A stretch of 64,000 nt of DNA from Candidatus Cloacimonadales bacterium (GTDB lineage Bacteria; Cloacimonadota; Cloacimonadia; Cloacimonadales; DAONDQ01). Position 1 is the stretch's first letter; each line of letters starts with the position of its first letter. A program made the position numbers and the translations under genes. The notes beneath the pieces were generated by a model that was not told the origin of the DNA, made no database searches, and saw nothing but the letters and a program-made list of their open reading frames with translations. This document shows positions 19,901-29,519 of the stretch, piece after piece. The stretch covers positions 672,001 to 736,000 of the forward strand of contig OY759316.1 in NCBI GenBank assembly GCA_963662275.1, in the 5' to 3' direction.

Positions 19901-22900
19901 TTCCGCTGATATAGGGACGAACATTAAAACTGTAAGATGCATTTTTATTGAAATATATCGTTGAAGGAAGGCTGAGCGTCAGGACATCATTGACATTCGT
20001 AACTGTGACTTCCACAACGAAAGTAGCATAACTGCTGGTTCCATAATTATCCCTTGCGATGAATCTGATATTTTCTGTTCCCCACCAGTTGGCTTCAGGA
20101 TGCAATGTCACACTTCCTTCTTCAATATCCACGAGAATATTTTCAGCACCGGATATTGAGAATGATAGTGGATCCCCATCAGGGTCATTGAAGATTTCAT
20201 ATAGATGGAGACTATAATCTTCTGTATCCTCAGCAAAAGTTATATTTGTAGGAGGAGAAGTAATAATTATTGGAGGATCATTTACAGGAAGGACATGCAG
20301 CAAAAAGGATTGTGACACAGTACTGCGAACTCCATCATCTGCCGTTACCCTGATGGAATCTGTGCCATTCCAGTTGGGAGCAGGAGTGATTGTATATAGA
20401 CTATCATGACCTTGAATATCATAATTATCACTCACCGAGAAATTATAGGTTAACACTTGTCCATTAGGGTCAGTGAATGCTCCTGCCAAATTCAGTATAT
20501 AGGGAGTATCTTCGTTAATAGTCAAATCAGCAATCTGATGACTAATAACTGGAGGAGTGTTTGTAGCATGAATATATTCGTTTTTGGTTGTCGTTGTCTG
20601 GTACGAGAGAGTATCAGTACCGGATACGGATGAGTATCTAACTGTAAGACCAACATCATAAGTTCCAATTCCCTGGTAAACATGAACAGGATTCTGTAAT
20701 TTAGATGTGTTACCATCACCGAATGTCCAATCCCAGGAATTAATATTTGCCCCTGGTTCATCTACATATGACTGATCTGTAAAACTGACAGTCAAAGGAG
20801 CTCCACCGGTTGTTTGGGATGCAGTGAATTCTGCTTTGAATGACTGCCGGTTCAAATGTAAGGTTACAGGGATAGTTCTGATTGGGTTAAAACTATCATT
20901 CGTCGTTAAAGTGATAACTCCATTATATACTCCAGGCGTATTATAGGTGTTGAAATAGTAACAACAATTAGTACTAGAGCCAGCCCCCACTTTAATGTCG
21001 GCTGTCCCAAGATAATAGATACCCAAGTTGCACGTCAAAAAGGTAGTATTGCTTGATTCAACATGTATTGCAAGAGAATCAGCCCCAGTATTCGTAATAA
21101 CAAAAGAACCTACGATGGAAGTGGGGCTATTAGCTGCTTCTGCAGTATAATCAATACTATCAATTGATACAATAGCGACTGGTATATCCAAAAGCTGAAT
21201 TTGAAGATTATAATCACCAAAATCATTTGGCAGACCGGTTCTTGATTCTCTCTTTATCTGTCGTGCAGGTCTATCAATCTTTAAGTAGTAATAGCCGGAA
21301 CGACCCAAAACAGATGTGCGAATCAGTGGTTGAAGATCTCCTGCTGAGTTATCATCAGTTGCTATCAAATCTGCTGAGTTCACTTCAGTTTGTACCATTG
21401 GATATGGACCGTATAGGGAAGCTTGCAAATCAATCGGAATATATTCAGCACATTCAGTTTTAATTTCCAGCATATAAGAAGATAGTTCCGATCCAACATA
21501 GAACATATAATAATCTACATCGTAACCGGGAAACATGTTTGCATGGCGGCTTAAAGCTGGTATTTCCACGTTGGTTGCATATCCGGCAGTCTCATTATAA
21601 TCGCAAGACTGGGGAGTAAATAGAACTGTCTCTGTAGGTACTGATTCTGTTGTCCCATATAAAGCTTTCACCCAATAACTGGCTGGTTCATGTACACGAT
21701 CTCGATAATGGAGTGAATCCATTTCCATAATCATTTCTGGAGTTTGTGTTCCAAATTGACGATAGAGACGATATGCATCCGGTACAGAGGAATAAGGTGC
21801 GTTCCAGGAGATGTTCACATAACCTATTGCCGTAAAATCATCTGCGCATTGTAAGTAGCTGGGGGGTTGAATGGGAACAAAGAAAGTATATGTAGCCTGC
21901 TCAATTGTACTGCTTGTCCAATCGGCTTTATAAGCGATCGCCTTGATAGTTTGGTTAGAACTCACAAAGATAGGAACGGAATATAAATTCCCATTGGAAG
22001 GACTCGGATCAGAACCATCAGTTGTGTACATTACTGTTGCATCAGAAGGTATGGGTGAATTGATTGCCACATACTGTTCTGTCGAATAAGAGCCTTCTGG
22101 TGGACTAAACACGGGTGTGTTAAAAGCAACCTGACCAGTGATGATATAACCAGCCGAAGCAATATCACTATTAGACCATCCTAGTTTAGTGGCTATTGCT
22201 TTGATAATCATGTTTGTGTTTAATGGAATATAGATTGGAATTACATAAAGTGGAGAATCGGAATTCGGATCTGTACCATCAATGGTATAATGTATCTCTG
22301 CCCCAGATGTTGTAAAACTCATTGATACAGTCTGCGCATTCGTATAAATTCCTGGAGGAGGCATAAACTGGGGAGAAGATACAACGAAATTATAAGTAGC
22401 CGTCGTGACAGCAGACGAATTCCAGTCTGTTTTGTATGCAATAGCATTGATTGTTTGGTTTCCATCAACAGGAATAACCCCTGTGTATAATATTCCATTT
22501 GTTTCTGTAGGAGTTGTCCCATCTATTGTGTAACGAATATATGCATCCGTTGTAGCGGAATAGATCGTTACAGACTGTGGTTCATTATATGTGCCTGGCA
22601 TAGGTGAAAATTCAGGTGCTGCCACTTGTTGAGGGATAGGTCCGGGTGTGAATGTATGTGTTCCCAAATCGGTAAAAGTATCGATAGGATAAACAATCCA
22701 CTGGGAATTATCCGCATTTGTTCCGGCAGAAGCTGCCCAATCTGTGGTTGGACTAATAACTGTTGGTTTTCTTACTATTGTGTGATTTAGCATAGCTCCA
22801 ATAGTACCAGCGACATCCCATCCGGCCACTCCTGGATCAGTTCCCTGCAAACCAATTGTATCAATCAGGAAACCATTCTTGAAAAGACCAACTGCATCAT

Positions 22901-25679
22901 TACCATTAAAATAAGTAATCGTGCTGGTCGTATCTGCTTGTGCTAAAATAGTGGCATTCGCAGTGACGTTCGCAATCACAAACGTTTCATTATGTGCCAG
23001 GGTACGAGTGGATATCAGGCTAGTACTCCATGCTCCACCGTTAGCAGCGAGTTTGATTGTGTATTGACTCAAATTGACAGGTGCTCCTGTTCCATTGAAA
23101 ATTTCAACAGCTTTGTTATTGCTGCTTCCTTCAATATATTCTGAAAAGAACAGATCGGAAGCCACGGTGCTACTGCCGGATAATGTTGTGAATTGCCATG
23201 TTGAATTATCTATGGCATCTCCCAGGCTATTATATGGAACCACCTTCCAGTAGTAAACCTGGGAATTATTCAATGGAGAGGTAAGTGTGTATGATGTGTA
23301 ATTTCCATTGTCAAATCCATTAATCAGGTTCGAAGGCGGATAATCAGTTCCCAGGTAGAACTTATACCCATTTTGAGTATCAGATGCATTCCAATTAAAA
23401 GTGGTCGTTAAACTCACATCCAAAGCATTATTCAGCGGACTCACATAACTAACCGCCGAGGGTGGAGAAGAGATAACAAATCCAGTAACATATAAGCTTG
23501 CTTGTGAAGCTCCTGTACTGTTATGAGTTATGTACCCATAACATGAATCAGCCATAACACCAGAAAGACGCACATACACAAGTCCGTCATATGCTGAATC
23601 TAAAGATAATAAAGTACTATATGTACCATCTGCTGTAGTACAAATTTCGTAACCATGGGGAGCCATTACCTCTATTGATGTTGAAAGATCGATACCCGTG
23701 ACATGGTAGCTTTGCGGACTGGATGGTGCTCCAATAGTTGATGTAAAACTTGTTAACGAACCAGTGACATCAATGAACGGATTAAGAACTCCCGGGGTGA
23801 AGGTATGAGAACCTAAATTCGATATATAATCAATGGGATATACAACCCATTGCGAATTATTGGCAGTTGTTCCCGCAGAGACAGTCCAATTGGTTGTCGG
23901 TCTGGAAATACTGGCTTTCCTAATGAGTGTATGATTGAGAGTAGCATCTGGAGTTCCGGCTACAGTCCAGCCTGAACCAGCACCTGGATCAATACCCTGT
24001 ACACCTATTGCATCAATTAACAAACCATTCTTGAACAATCCAATGGCATCATTTCCATTGAAATAAGTGATTACACTAATCGTATCCGCCTGTGCTAAAA
24101 TAGCAGCAGTTGCTCCAGCATCTGCAATGATAAAAACATCATTGTTAGGCAGTATACGGTGAGTTGTAATATCGGGTGACCATGCTCCGCCATTCGAGGC
24201 AAGCCTGAAAGAATATTGACTTAGATCAACAGAAGCACCAGTACCATTAAAAATCTCAATTGCTCTGTTATTACTGGTACCTTCAATATATTCAGAAATA
24301 AAGAGATCTGAAGCTATAGTTGCTGGATCCGGCATGGTAGTAAAATCCCAAATCGGACAGAATTGCGCTGATTCAACTGACTGGTTGGGAATTAATTGCC
24401 AGTAATACTTTGTATTGTATGATAAGGTAGGCAAATAATCGTAGGAGAGAGATGAACCGTTAAGATAAGCATCGTTCACAATATTGGTTGGGGGGTTGTC
24501 TGTACCGACATACAGATAATAACTCATTAAATATGTTGGCTCCCCAACTTGCCAGTTTAAAGTTGTATTGATACTGACTCCGGTGGCATGGTTCTCAGGA
24601 GTCGCCCCTGGTGTTGAGAATGACCAAATAGGGCAATCAGTAGCATCTCCGTATGAATTGTAAGGTACAATTTGCCAGTAATATGTCATCCCAACGGCTA
24701 TTGGCTGCATCGTATTGTAGGATGTAGTACTACCGAGATCATATGCATAATGAAGATTCGTGGGTGGATAATCTGTGCCGTAATTAAGCTTGTATCCAGT
24801 TGCCATAAGAGATATATCCCAATTTAGCGAAGTGGATAAACCCACATCGGATTGTAAATCCATTGGGCTTGTGGGTGTCGTTGCTGAAGGAGGAAAGCCT
24901 ATAGGTGGAGAATCTTCTGTAATAAACTCCCAAACTGGGCAATCCACGGCATCCCCGGATGTATTGTAGGGAATGACTTGCCAATAGCATGTTTCGTGAT
25001 AACCCAATGTTGGAATATATAAGATCGTATTCGACATACCATCAACCAACGAGAATGACGTTGGAGGATAAGATGTTCCATAGTATACCTTATACCCCGT
25101 TGGGTCAGTATAATCAGGACTTGATGTATAAGTCCAACTCAATGAGCTTGATGATATCGGAACACCGGTTGCAAAATTAGGAGGATTGGGAGAATTTGCC
25201 ATATAAGGTTTCGGATTCACAGACGTGCCAAGGGGAGGAACTTCTTGGGCTGGTTCAAGAATATTGATAGTTGTAGTTCCTGCGGGAATCACATAATCCC
25301 ATTGTGTTGTTTGTTCCGGAAATTCATCAGTCTTGGTGACAGTAATTCTTAATGTCTGTCCTTCTGCCCAGGGAGTGGTAAAAGTGCTTAGCTGAACAAA
25401 TACTGCAACATAATCGTCAGGAGCATCACCTAATTTAGTGAGACGTATGTTATTATACGAATCTGTATTGGTATCAAGCCCTTCTCCTGTTGTTTCCAGG
25501 ATATCAGCTTGTATCCTGTAATTTGAATAGGATGTGTTACCGGAATTTGTAACAAGTGTACGAATATCTATTCCATTTTGAGCAACTACTTTCTGGTAAT
25601 ATGTTCTCGGATTACCGGTGGCATAACTTGAGACTACAAGAAGAAGTAAGAATAATGACAAAACTAATATTTTTTTCAT
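16956..25679 (-). CDS. Giant (~2,900 aa) secreted modular surface protein: Fn3-like repeats, 2 lamin-tail domains, 3 chitobiase/Fn3-associated repeats, PKD domains, cadherin/tandem-95 repeats, parallel beta-helix
   Basis: Signal peptide; SDLF.SEYIEG.SNN.A.EIFNG x2 (LTD); F.P..G.Y...Q.V...YT.DG..P x3; WTFGDG (PKD); VLPVNDPP; DFNLTLDSPCIDAG. Start may be 25688. Confidence 0.8.
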   Translation of the reverse strand: MKKILVLSLFLLLLVVSSYATGNPRTYYQKVVAQNGIDIRTLVTNSGNTSYSNYRIQADILETTGEGLDTNTDSYNNIRLTKLGDAPDDYVAVFVQLSTFTTPWAEGQTLRITVTKTDEFPEQTTQWDYVIPAGTTTINILEPAQEVPPLGTSVNPKPYMANSPNPPNFATGVPISSSSLSWTYTSSPDYTDPTGYKVYYGTSYPPTSFSLVDGMSNTILYIPTLGYHETCYWQVIPYNTSGDAVDCPVWEFITEDSPPIGFPPSATTPTSPMDLQSDVGLSTSLNWDISLMATGYKLNYGTDYPPTNLHYAYDLGSTTSYNTMQPIAVGMTYYWQIVPYNSYGDATDCPIWSFSTPGATPENHATGVSINTTLNWQVGEPTYLMSYYLYVGTDNPPTNIVNDAYLNGSSLSYDYLPTLSYNTKYYWQLIPNQSVESAQFCPIWDFTTMPDPATIASDLFISEYIEGTSNNRAIEIFNGTGASVDLSQYSFRLASNGGAWSPDITTHRILPNNDVFIIADAGATAAILAQADTISVITYFNGNDAIGLFKNGLLIDAIGVQGIDPGAGSGWTVAGTPDATLNHTLIRKASISRPTTNWTVSAGTTANNSQWVVYPIDYISNLGSHTFTPGVLNPFIDVTGSLTSFTSTIGAPSSPQSYHVTGIDLSTSIEVMAPHGYEICTTADGTYSTLLSLDSAYDGLVYVRLSGVMADSCYGYITHNSTGASQASLYVTGFVISSPPSAVSYVSPLNNALDVSLTTTFNWNASDTQNGYKFYLGTDYPPSNLINGFDNGNYTSYTLTSPLNNSQVYYWKVVPYNSLGDAIDNSTWQFTTLSGSSTVASDLFFSEYIEGSSNNKAVEIFNGTGAPVNLSQYTIKLAANGGAWSTSLISTRTLAHNETFVIANVTANATILAQADTTSTITYFNGNDAVGLFKNGFLIDTIGLQGTDPGVAGWDVAGTIGAMLNHTIVRKPTVISPTTDWAASAGTNADNSQWIVYPIDTFTDLGTHTFTPGPIPQQVAAPEFSPMPGTYNEPQSVTIYSATTDAYIRYTIDGTTPTETNGILYTGVIPVDGNQTINAIAYKTDWNSSAVTTATYNFVVSSPQFMPPPGIYTNAQTVSMSFTTSGAEIHYTIDGTDPNSDSPLYVIPIYIPLNTNMIIKAIATKLGWSNSDIASAGYIITGQVAFNTPVFSPPEGSYSTEQYVAINSPIPSDATVMYTTDGSDPSPSNGNLYSVPIFVSSNQTIKAIAYKADWTSSTIEQATYTFFVPIQPPSYLQCADDFTAIGYVNISWNAPYSSVPDAYRLYRQFGTQTPEMIMEMDSLHYRDRVHEPASYWVKALYGTTESVPTETVLFTPQSCDYNETAGYATNVEIPALSRHANMFPGYDVDYYMFYVGSELSSYMLEIKTECAEYIPIDLQASLYGPYPMVQTEVNSADLIATDDNSAGDLQPLIRTSVLGRSGYYYLKIDRPARQIKRESRTGLPNDFGDYNLQIQLLDIPVAIVSIDSIDYTAEAANSPTSIVGSFVITNTGADSLAIHVESSNTTFLTCNLGIYYLGTADIKVGAGSSTNCCYYFNTYNTPGVYNGVITLTTNDSFNPIRTIPVTLHLNRQSFKAEFTASQTTGGAPLTVSFTDQSYVDEPGANINSWDWTFGDGNTSKLQNPVHVYQGIGTYDVGLTVRYSSVSGTDTLSYQTTTTKNEYIHATNTPPVISHQIADLTINEDTPYILNLAGAFTDPNGQVLTYNFSVSDNYDIQGHDSLYTITPAPNWNGTDSIRVTADDGVRSTVSQSFLLHVLPVNDPPIIITSPPTNITFAEDTEDYSLHLYEIFNDPDGDPLSFSISGAENILVDIEEGSVTLHPEANWWGTENIRFIARDNYGTSSYATFVVEVTVTNVNDVLTLSLPSTIYFNKNASYSFNVRPYISGTDWSTQRVSVLPTVNLISSVEGTIVNLSTTSDSDFVENLQVAVEDTLYREIVIQDVAVHVIAQGTGISNTDIVSGDWETTGSPFYIMGGLDISSTDSLTIQSGVVVNFLADSTFVVNGNLSADSVSFGTLEGGSWGGLVFGTGSDESQLNDCFIFNALQPILIEGSDIEVDSCTIEIDSTLTTPTGAAILVTGGGSPHLTNLIINNYNQGIVIENLGTRATTTPSLSNLRIRNSSNSGRTDAIGVLLNGDIDAKLDSLVIENYDYGIKYQRGNQAGGRTTPSLSNLRIRNSSNSNRTNNTGIYLENMANVIIENDSIGNCLKGIEIVNQARGTATPSMSNLRIRNSSNSNRTDNYGIVLTGNIIAQITNSVIEEVMFGIYYSGSAPIQRTTPSLSNLRIRNSSNSRSTGKTGIYLSGLPEVIVDNDSITGFNNGVVIEETNRAATSTPTLSNLRIRNSSNSNRTDTIGMLFQGSVDAKVNLCDIDGYVIGIRYLRQLDRAGTGTQSLSNLRIRNSSNSRLVGTFGMYLDNMDKVFIVNDSIDGYAVGIQFANTSRAATAAPTLSNLRIRNSSNSNRNTGIGLILLDSRQGLVKNCWFENYGTGIKIPDSNRMRITGNTIKNCTMGIEIIGSAALPIVDHNQLYLNSSFYSSNPGTANWAISINAADSLTIRNNTINQYSHALKLVGSELRFVQNICWNDVPNPQPVEKTGSRLAADYNDISFSGGLYEGIGNINTNPLFRNPLADDFNLTLDSPCIDAGGLHEKKDEDGTLADQGAIPYLHKAGFIADKRFETIGEVIQFTSVCLGHDPALSAYAWDFDNNGSWDSYEMNPSHTFAVQGFYTIKLRVQTSTLVDSIVQVNYIVIQNAALSAPQNMHVIRQNNSLELSWSPVTHDLQGNDVTVNFYLIYHANDPNVPFEFLASTEGLTHYTHLNALDQDAQQYYFVIGFVGTRIQMQQFVNSHRRKSWQKEEQSLTKPLERK

Positions 25680-25693
25680 AATGATCATCTCCC

Positions 25694-26719
25694 TTATTTC
25701 GAAGCTTTGGAAGATTTCGTAGCATTTGAAGAACTTCTAGTAACTGGCCATGTATTACTAATAGTGGCATTGACAAACAAAGGCATTCCAACTGTTACGC
25801 TAAAATCTCCGTCATAAAAACCACCAAGATTGGTCGCGGTTACCCAGTTTTGCATTGAAGGATCCCACTTGCTTACTTGATCAACATTTCCTATTGAAGC
25901 AGCCACTTGACTTGCCAAAGATAGTCCAGTGAGATTCAATGGAATCATCACCGTGTTCAAACCTTCAAGTAAGGAGTAGGAAATTGGAGTTAATGGAATA
26001 TCGCCAGTGCTATAAAAATCGAATGACGCAAGTGCATTAATCATTAATGGCATACCGGGAGATAAAGTAAATTCATTATCCCACATATCCCCTAAATAAA
26101 CAGAAGCAATCCAACTTGCAGATGGAGAATCCCAATAAGCTATCATATCAACCAAACCTGGGTAAGCAGCAGAAATACTACTTACCGATGTAAGACCACT
26201 ATCCATTGGCAAGGCAATAAAATTGAGACCTGGTGTAATTACATATTGCATGGAGTAGTACAATGGCGGAATGTTCTGCGTAGGACTTGTGATAGTGATT
26301 TGAGCTGTTCCGGTTGGAATCACATAATCCCATGATGTGGATTGATTAGGTATAATATTTGTCATTGTGACAGTAATTCTCAAAGTCTGACCGGCATGCC
26401 AAGCGGTCGTAAAAGTTCCAAGCTGGCAGAATACTGCTGCATAATAAGGAGTTGTTGTACCATTGCCTGCCTTATATAAACGAAGAGAAGAAGTGGCTGT
26501 TCCTGTGGCAGTACTCAGTACTTCACCGGTTGTTTCCACAATATCTGCCGTAACTGTGTAATTAGAAGCTGTAGAGCTAGTAACAGTTGATGAAACCAAT
26601 GTCAGGATGTCAACCGTGGGGCTAACGACCTTCTGATAATATGCTCTTGGAGTACCTGCTGCTTGCAGTACAGCAATAAGAAGTAAACAAAAAAATAACA
26701 AAAGCAATGACCTTTTCAT
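25694..26719 (-). CDS. Secreted hypothetical protein sharing its N-terminal domain with the giant protein
   Basis: GGAGG RBS; signal peptide; PRAYYQKVV...WDYVIP domain; two C-terminal GLN...WD...GMPL repeats. Confidence 0.75.
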   Translation of the reverse strand: MKRSLLLLFFCLLLIAVLQAAGTPRAYYQKVVSPTVDILTLVSSTVTSSTASNYTVTADIVETTGEVLSTATGTATSSLRLYKAGNGTTTPYYAAVFCQLGTFTTAWHAGQTLRITVTMTNIIPNQSTSWDYVIPTGTAQITITSPTQNIPPLYYSMQYVITPGLNFIALPMDSGLTSVSSISAAYPGLVDMIAYWDSPSASWIASVYLGDMWDNEFTLSPGMPLMINALASFDFYSTGDIPLTPISYSLLEGLNTVMIPLNLTGLSLASQVAASIGNVDQVSKWDPSMQNWVTATNLGGFYDGDFSVTVGMPLFVNATISNTWPVTRSSSNATKSSKASK

Positions 26720-27181
26720 TAAAAACCTCCCTCGAGACTATGTATTTTTGATTGTAAAATCTAATAAAACACCGAAGAAAAGAATGACAAATGATGAGTG
26801 ATGAGTCAAGAACAATTTCAATTTTATAGCTAGAAACATAAGATTTTTTTTACTTTCTTCTTTATAGTACCTTCGCTTAACACATGTCTTATTGAATATT
26901 TGCCGATTATATCTGCATTGTAGCGAGTTTTGTACAATAATATATTAATTAGATTTATATCATCTTTTTTTTGTTCTGAAATAAACAATCGAACCCATCT
27001 GCCTTATCACTTACTTCTTTCATCTCAGCTCTTGCATACTTCATTTTACATAATAAATGCAACACTCATGAAGTATTCATACAGTATCTATAAAGCATCC
27101 TTTGGAAGAAAATGGAATTTGTATTGATTTTAATTTGAACTTGCTTATTTTGAGAATTTTATAATTTACCTAATTGTGCTT

Positions 27182-28315
27182 TCAAAGTTCAACAAGTATC
27201 CGTAATTTAATGAAAAGCTTAAACAATGGATCGGTAAATGAATAAACTGCTCCATTTTTTTGTAGGATTTCAGATTCTAATAGTTTGTTAATAGCTCTTT
27301 GGGTAGTAGAAGTAGCACTCAAATGGTATTTATTTTGAAAATCAAGAGTAAAGGGATTGGTGTTTTCCTGTGATATGGCACATATTACTTTCTGCTGATA
27401 ATTACTTAGTCCTTCCCATATTTGATAGAAATAATCCTGCAAGTTATCCAAAATGTTCTGACAGGCTACATCTAATATCTCAGTGCTTGGTAAGATATCA
27501 CTACCCTGCACTAATAGCCAAACCTCTGATGCTAGGAATTGTACATAATTTGGGATATTGTCCACTCGAAGGATAATTTCCTCTGCATTGGATTTAGATA
27601 ATGAAACCTCAGTTGATCGAAAACGTTCAATCAGGAAATCACACATGAACTCAGGATTGATCTTATGTAACTGCATAATTTTACCAAAGCGATAAAAAGA
27701 GCTTTCTGGTTTATTAAATAAATTCAACAACAAATGGTGCTTACTGCCGGAAAAGATATAAGAAGTGTTTTTATGAAACTGAATGACTGATCGAAGTAAA
27801 TTATCAAATCTATCTCCATTTAATTTGGTAATTTCCTGAAATTCATCAAACACAACAAGCCATTTGCTTTTTTTATCCAGTATCTCAGTCAGATTCAACG
27901 TATCTTCCAAAGTCTGTGATATATCAGAGCCTGGCATCACATTAATGGACAAAACCGGATTCCCAGTTAAATCAAATGAAATACTTGGTACTATACCACG
28001 AATCAGAGAGCTGATCTTCTTCAATAAAGATGGTATAGGCTTTTTATATTCTTTGAAAATAGCCTTTGTACATAGTTCAATAAAGTCCAATTTGGAGGAA
28101 ACACGGTAAAAATCGATATATATTGTATGATATCCTTGTTTTTTCAATTCCTGCGATGCTTTGAATAGAATAGATGTTTTTCCATACCTTCGAGGTGAAT
28201 ACAGGACAAAATTATTCTGATTGAGGACGTTATCCCTAATTTCAACAAGCTCTTGCTTCCTGTCAGTAAAATACGGTTCTTGGACAACTTTGCCATATTG
28301 AAATGGATTCTGCAT
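27182..28315 (-). CDS. AAA family (archaeal-type) ATP-binding protein with probable C-terminal winged helix
   Basis: NPF.YG, FTDRKQE, SPRRYGKTS Walker A, VVFDEFQ Walker B, DPLFKLF. Confidence 0.85.
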   Translation of the reverse strand: MQNPFQYGKVVQEPYFTDRKQELVEIRDNVLNQNNFVLYSPRRYGKTSILFKASQELKKQGYHTIYIDFYRVSSKLDFIELCTKAIFKEYKKPIPSLLKKISSLIRGIVPSISFDLTGNPVLSINVMPGSDISQTLEDTLNLTEILDKKSKWLVVFDEFQEITKLNGDRFDNLLRSVIQFHKNTSYIFSGSKHHLLLNLFNKPESSFYRFGKIMQLHKINPEFMCDFLIERFRSTEVSLSKSNAEEIILRVDNIPNYVQFLASEVWLLVQGSDILPSTEILDVACQNILDNLQDYFYQIWEGLSNYQQKVICAISQENTNPFTLDFQNKYHLSATSTTQRAINKLLESEILQKNGAVYSFTDPLFKLFIKLRILVEL

Positions 28316-28568
28316 CTCTTACCCCTTATTAAATTAACATAGTACAAAATATAATAAGGAATAGGAAACTGACAAGTTATTTTACGCATAAATAGATAAT
28401 TATTTTTACGCTTATATGCGTAACGCATGTTTGCGTAATTACCTAATACCTAATACCTGGAATCTTCTTCAATATTGCATCGCAAAGAATGCGACCTATC
28501 CACCGATGAGGAATCAGCGCTCCAGTTCTTCTCTGCAATTCTTGTCTGCAATTTTTAATTTTTAACTT

Positions 28569-29330
28569 TTAATTTTTAATTCTGCCCAGCAGCCTGAGCA
28601 GTCCGTCGAGAATTGTATAAGGATGTGGAGGACAGCCTGGTACAAAGAGATCAACAGGCAGTAAATCACTAACTCCACTATTTGTTTGCTCTAAATCTGA
28701 ATAGATACCACCTGAAATAGCACAAGCTCCTACCACAATCACTATCTTGGGAGAAGCAACAGCATCATACGTTTTCATGAGGGCTTGTTCCATATTCCTG
28801 GTAACCGGACCAGTGATCAGTAGACCATCTGCATGTCGCGGAGAAGCGACGAATTGAATGCCAAAACGTCCTAAATCAAAGACGAGAGTATTGAGAACAT
28901 TAGTATCAGCTTCGCAGGCATTGCACCCGCCTGCACTTACCTGGCGTAATTTCATCGAACGTCCAAATAGCCTTCTCGTATGCTCTTCCAGAGCTTTCGC
29001 AATGGGATACTCTTCACCTGAAAGAAGCAATGAGTTCCTATCATTTACAGCAAGCTGATATTCTTTGTTAAAATCAATACAGGATGCAGGACAGCCTTCA
29101 ACACATTTATGGCAAAATATACATTTACCCAAATCGATTGTCAGTTTTTGCTCTATTTTTGACAGAGCTTGTGTCGGACAGATATCGATGCATACCTGGC
29201 AATTCTTTTGACACTTACTGGGATCAAAGACTGGTCTGCCACTGAACTTCTCAGGCAATACGGGTTCTTTCCCAGGGAAGGAAGAAGTACGGTAGCCTTG
29301 TTTGAGGCGGGTTTTTAAGATATTATACAT
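28569..29330 (-). CDS. hyfI: Ehr/Hyf small subunit: 2x[4Fe-4S] ferredoxin fused to a NuoB/HyfI-like domain
   Basis: CQKNCQVCIDICP, CIFCHKCVEGCP, GGCNACE, GACAISGG and VPGCPPHP. Confidence 0.85.
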   Translation of the reverse strand: MYNILKTRLKQGYRTSSFPGKEPVLPEKFSGRPVFDPSKCQKNCQVCIDICPTQALSKIEQKLTIDLGKCIFCHKCVEGCPASCIDFNKEYQLAVNDRNSLLLSGEEYPIAKALEEHTRRLFGRSMKLRQVSAGGCNACEADTNVLNTLVFDLGRFGIQFVASPRHADGLLITGPVTRNMEQALMKTYDAVASPKIVIVVGACAISGGIYSDLEQTNSGVSDLLPVDLFVPGCPPHPYTILDGLLRLLGRIKN

Positions 29331-29407
29331 ATGAACAGCTCCGTTGGGATTCCCATCAGGAAATCCACCTACTAGTCATGGATGTATTTAGAATATTCTT
29401 CAACGGA

Positions 29408-29511
29408 GAAGAAATAGCAAGAACGGCGTCTTGCTTTACCGGACGAAGAATAGCAAGAACGGCGTCTTGCTTTACCGGACGAAGAATAGCAAGAACGGCG
29501 TCTTGCTTTAC
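29408..29511. repeat. Three tandem 36-bp hairpin-containing repeats inside the Ehr operon
   Basis: GAAGAATAGCAAGAACGGCGTCTTGCTTTACCGGAC x~3, no unique spacers. Confidence 0.9.
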
Positions 29512-29519
29512 AACAATAA

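Noticed and set aside
29408..29511. 36-bp repeats as a CRISPR array
   Set aside because: Units are head-to-tail with no unique spacers, and there are no cas genes in the window
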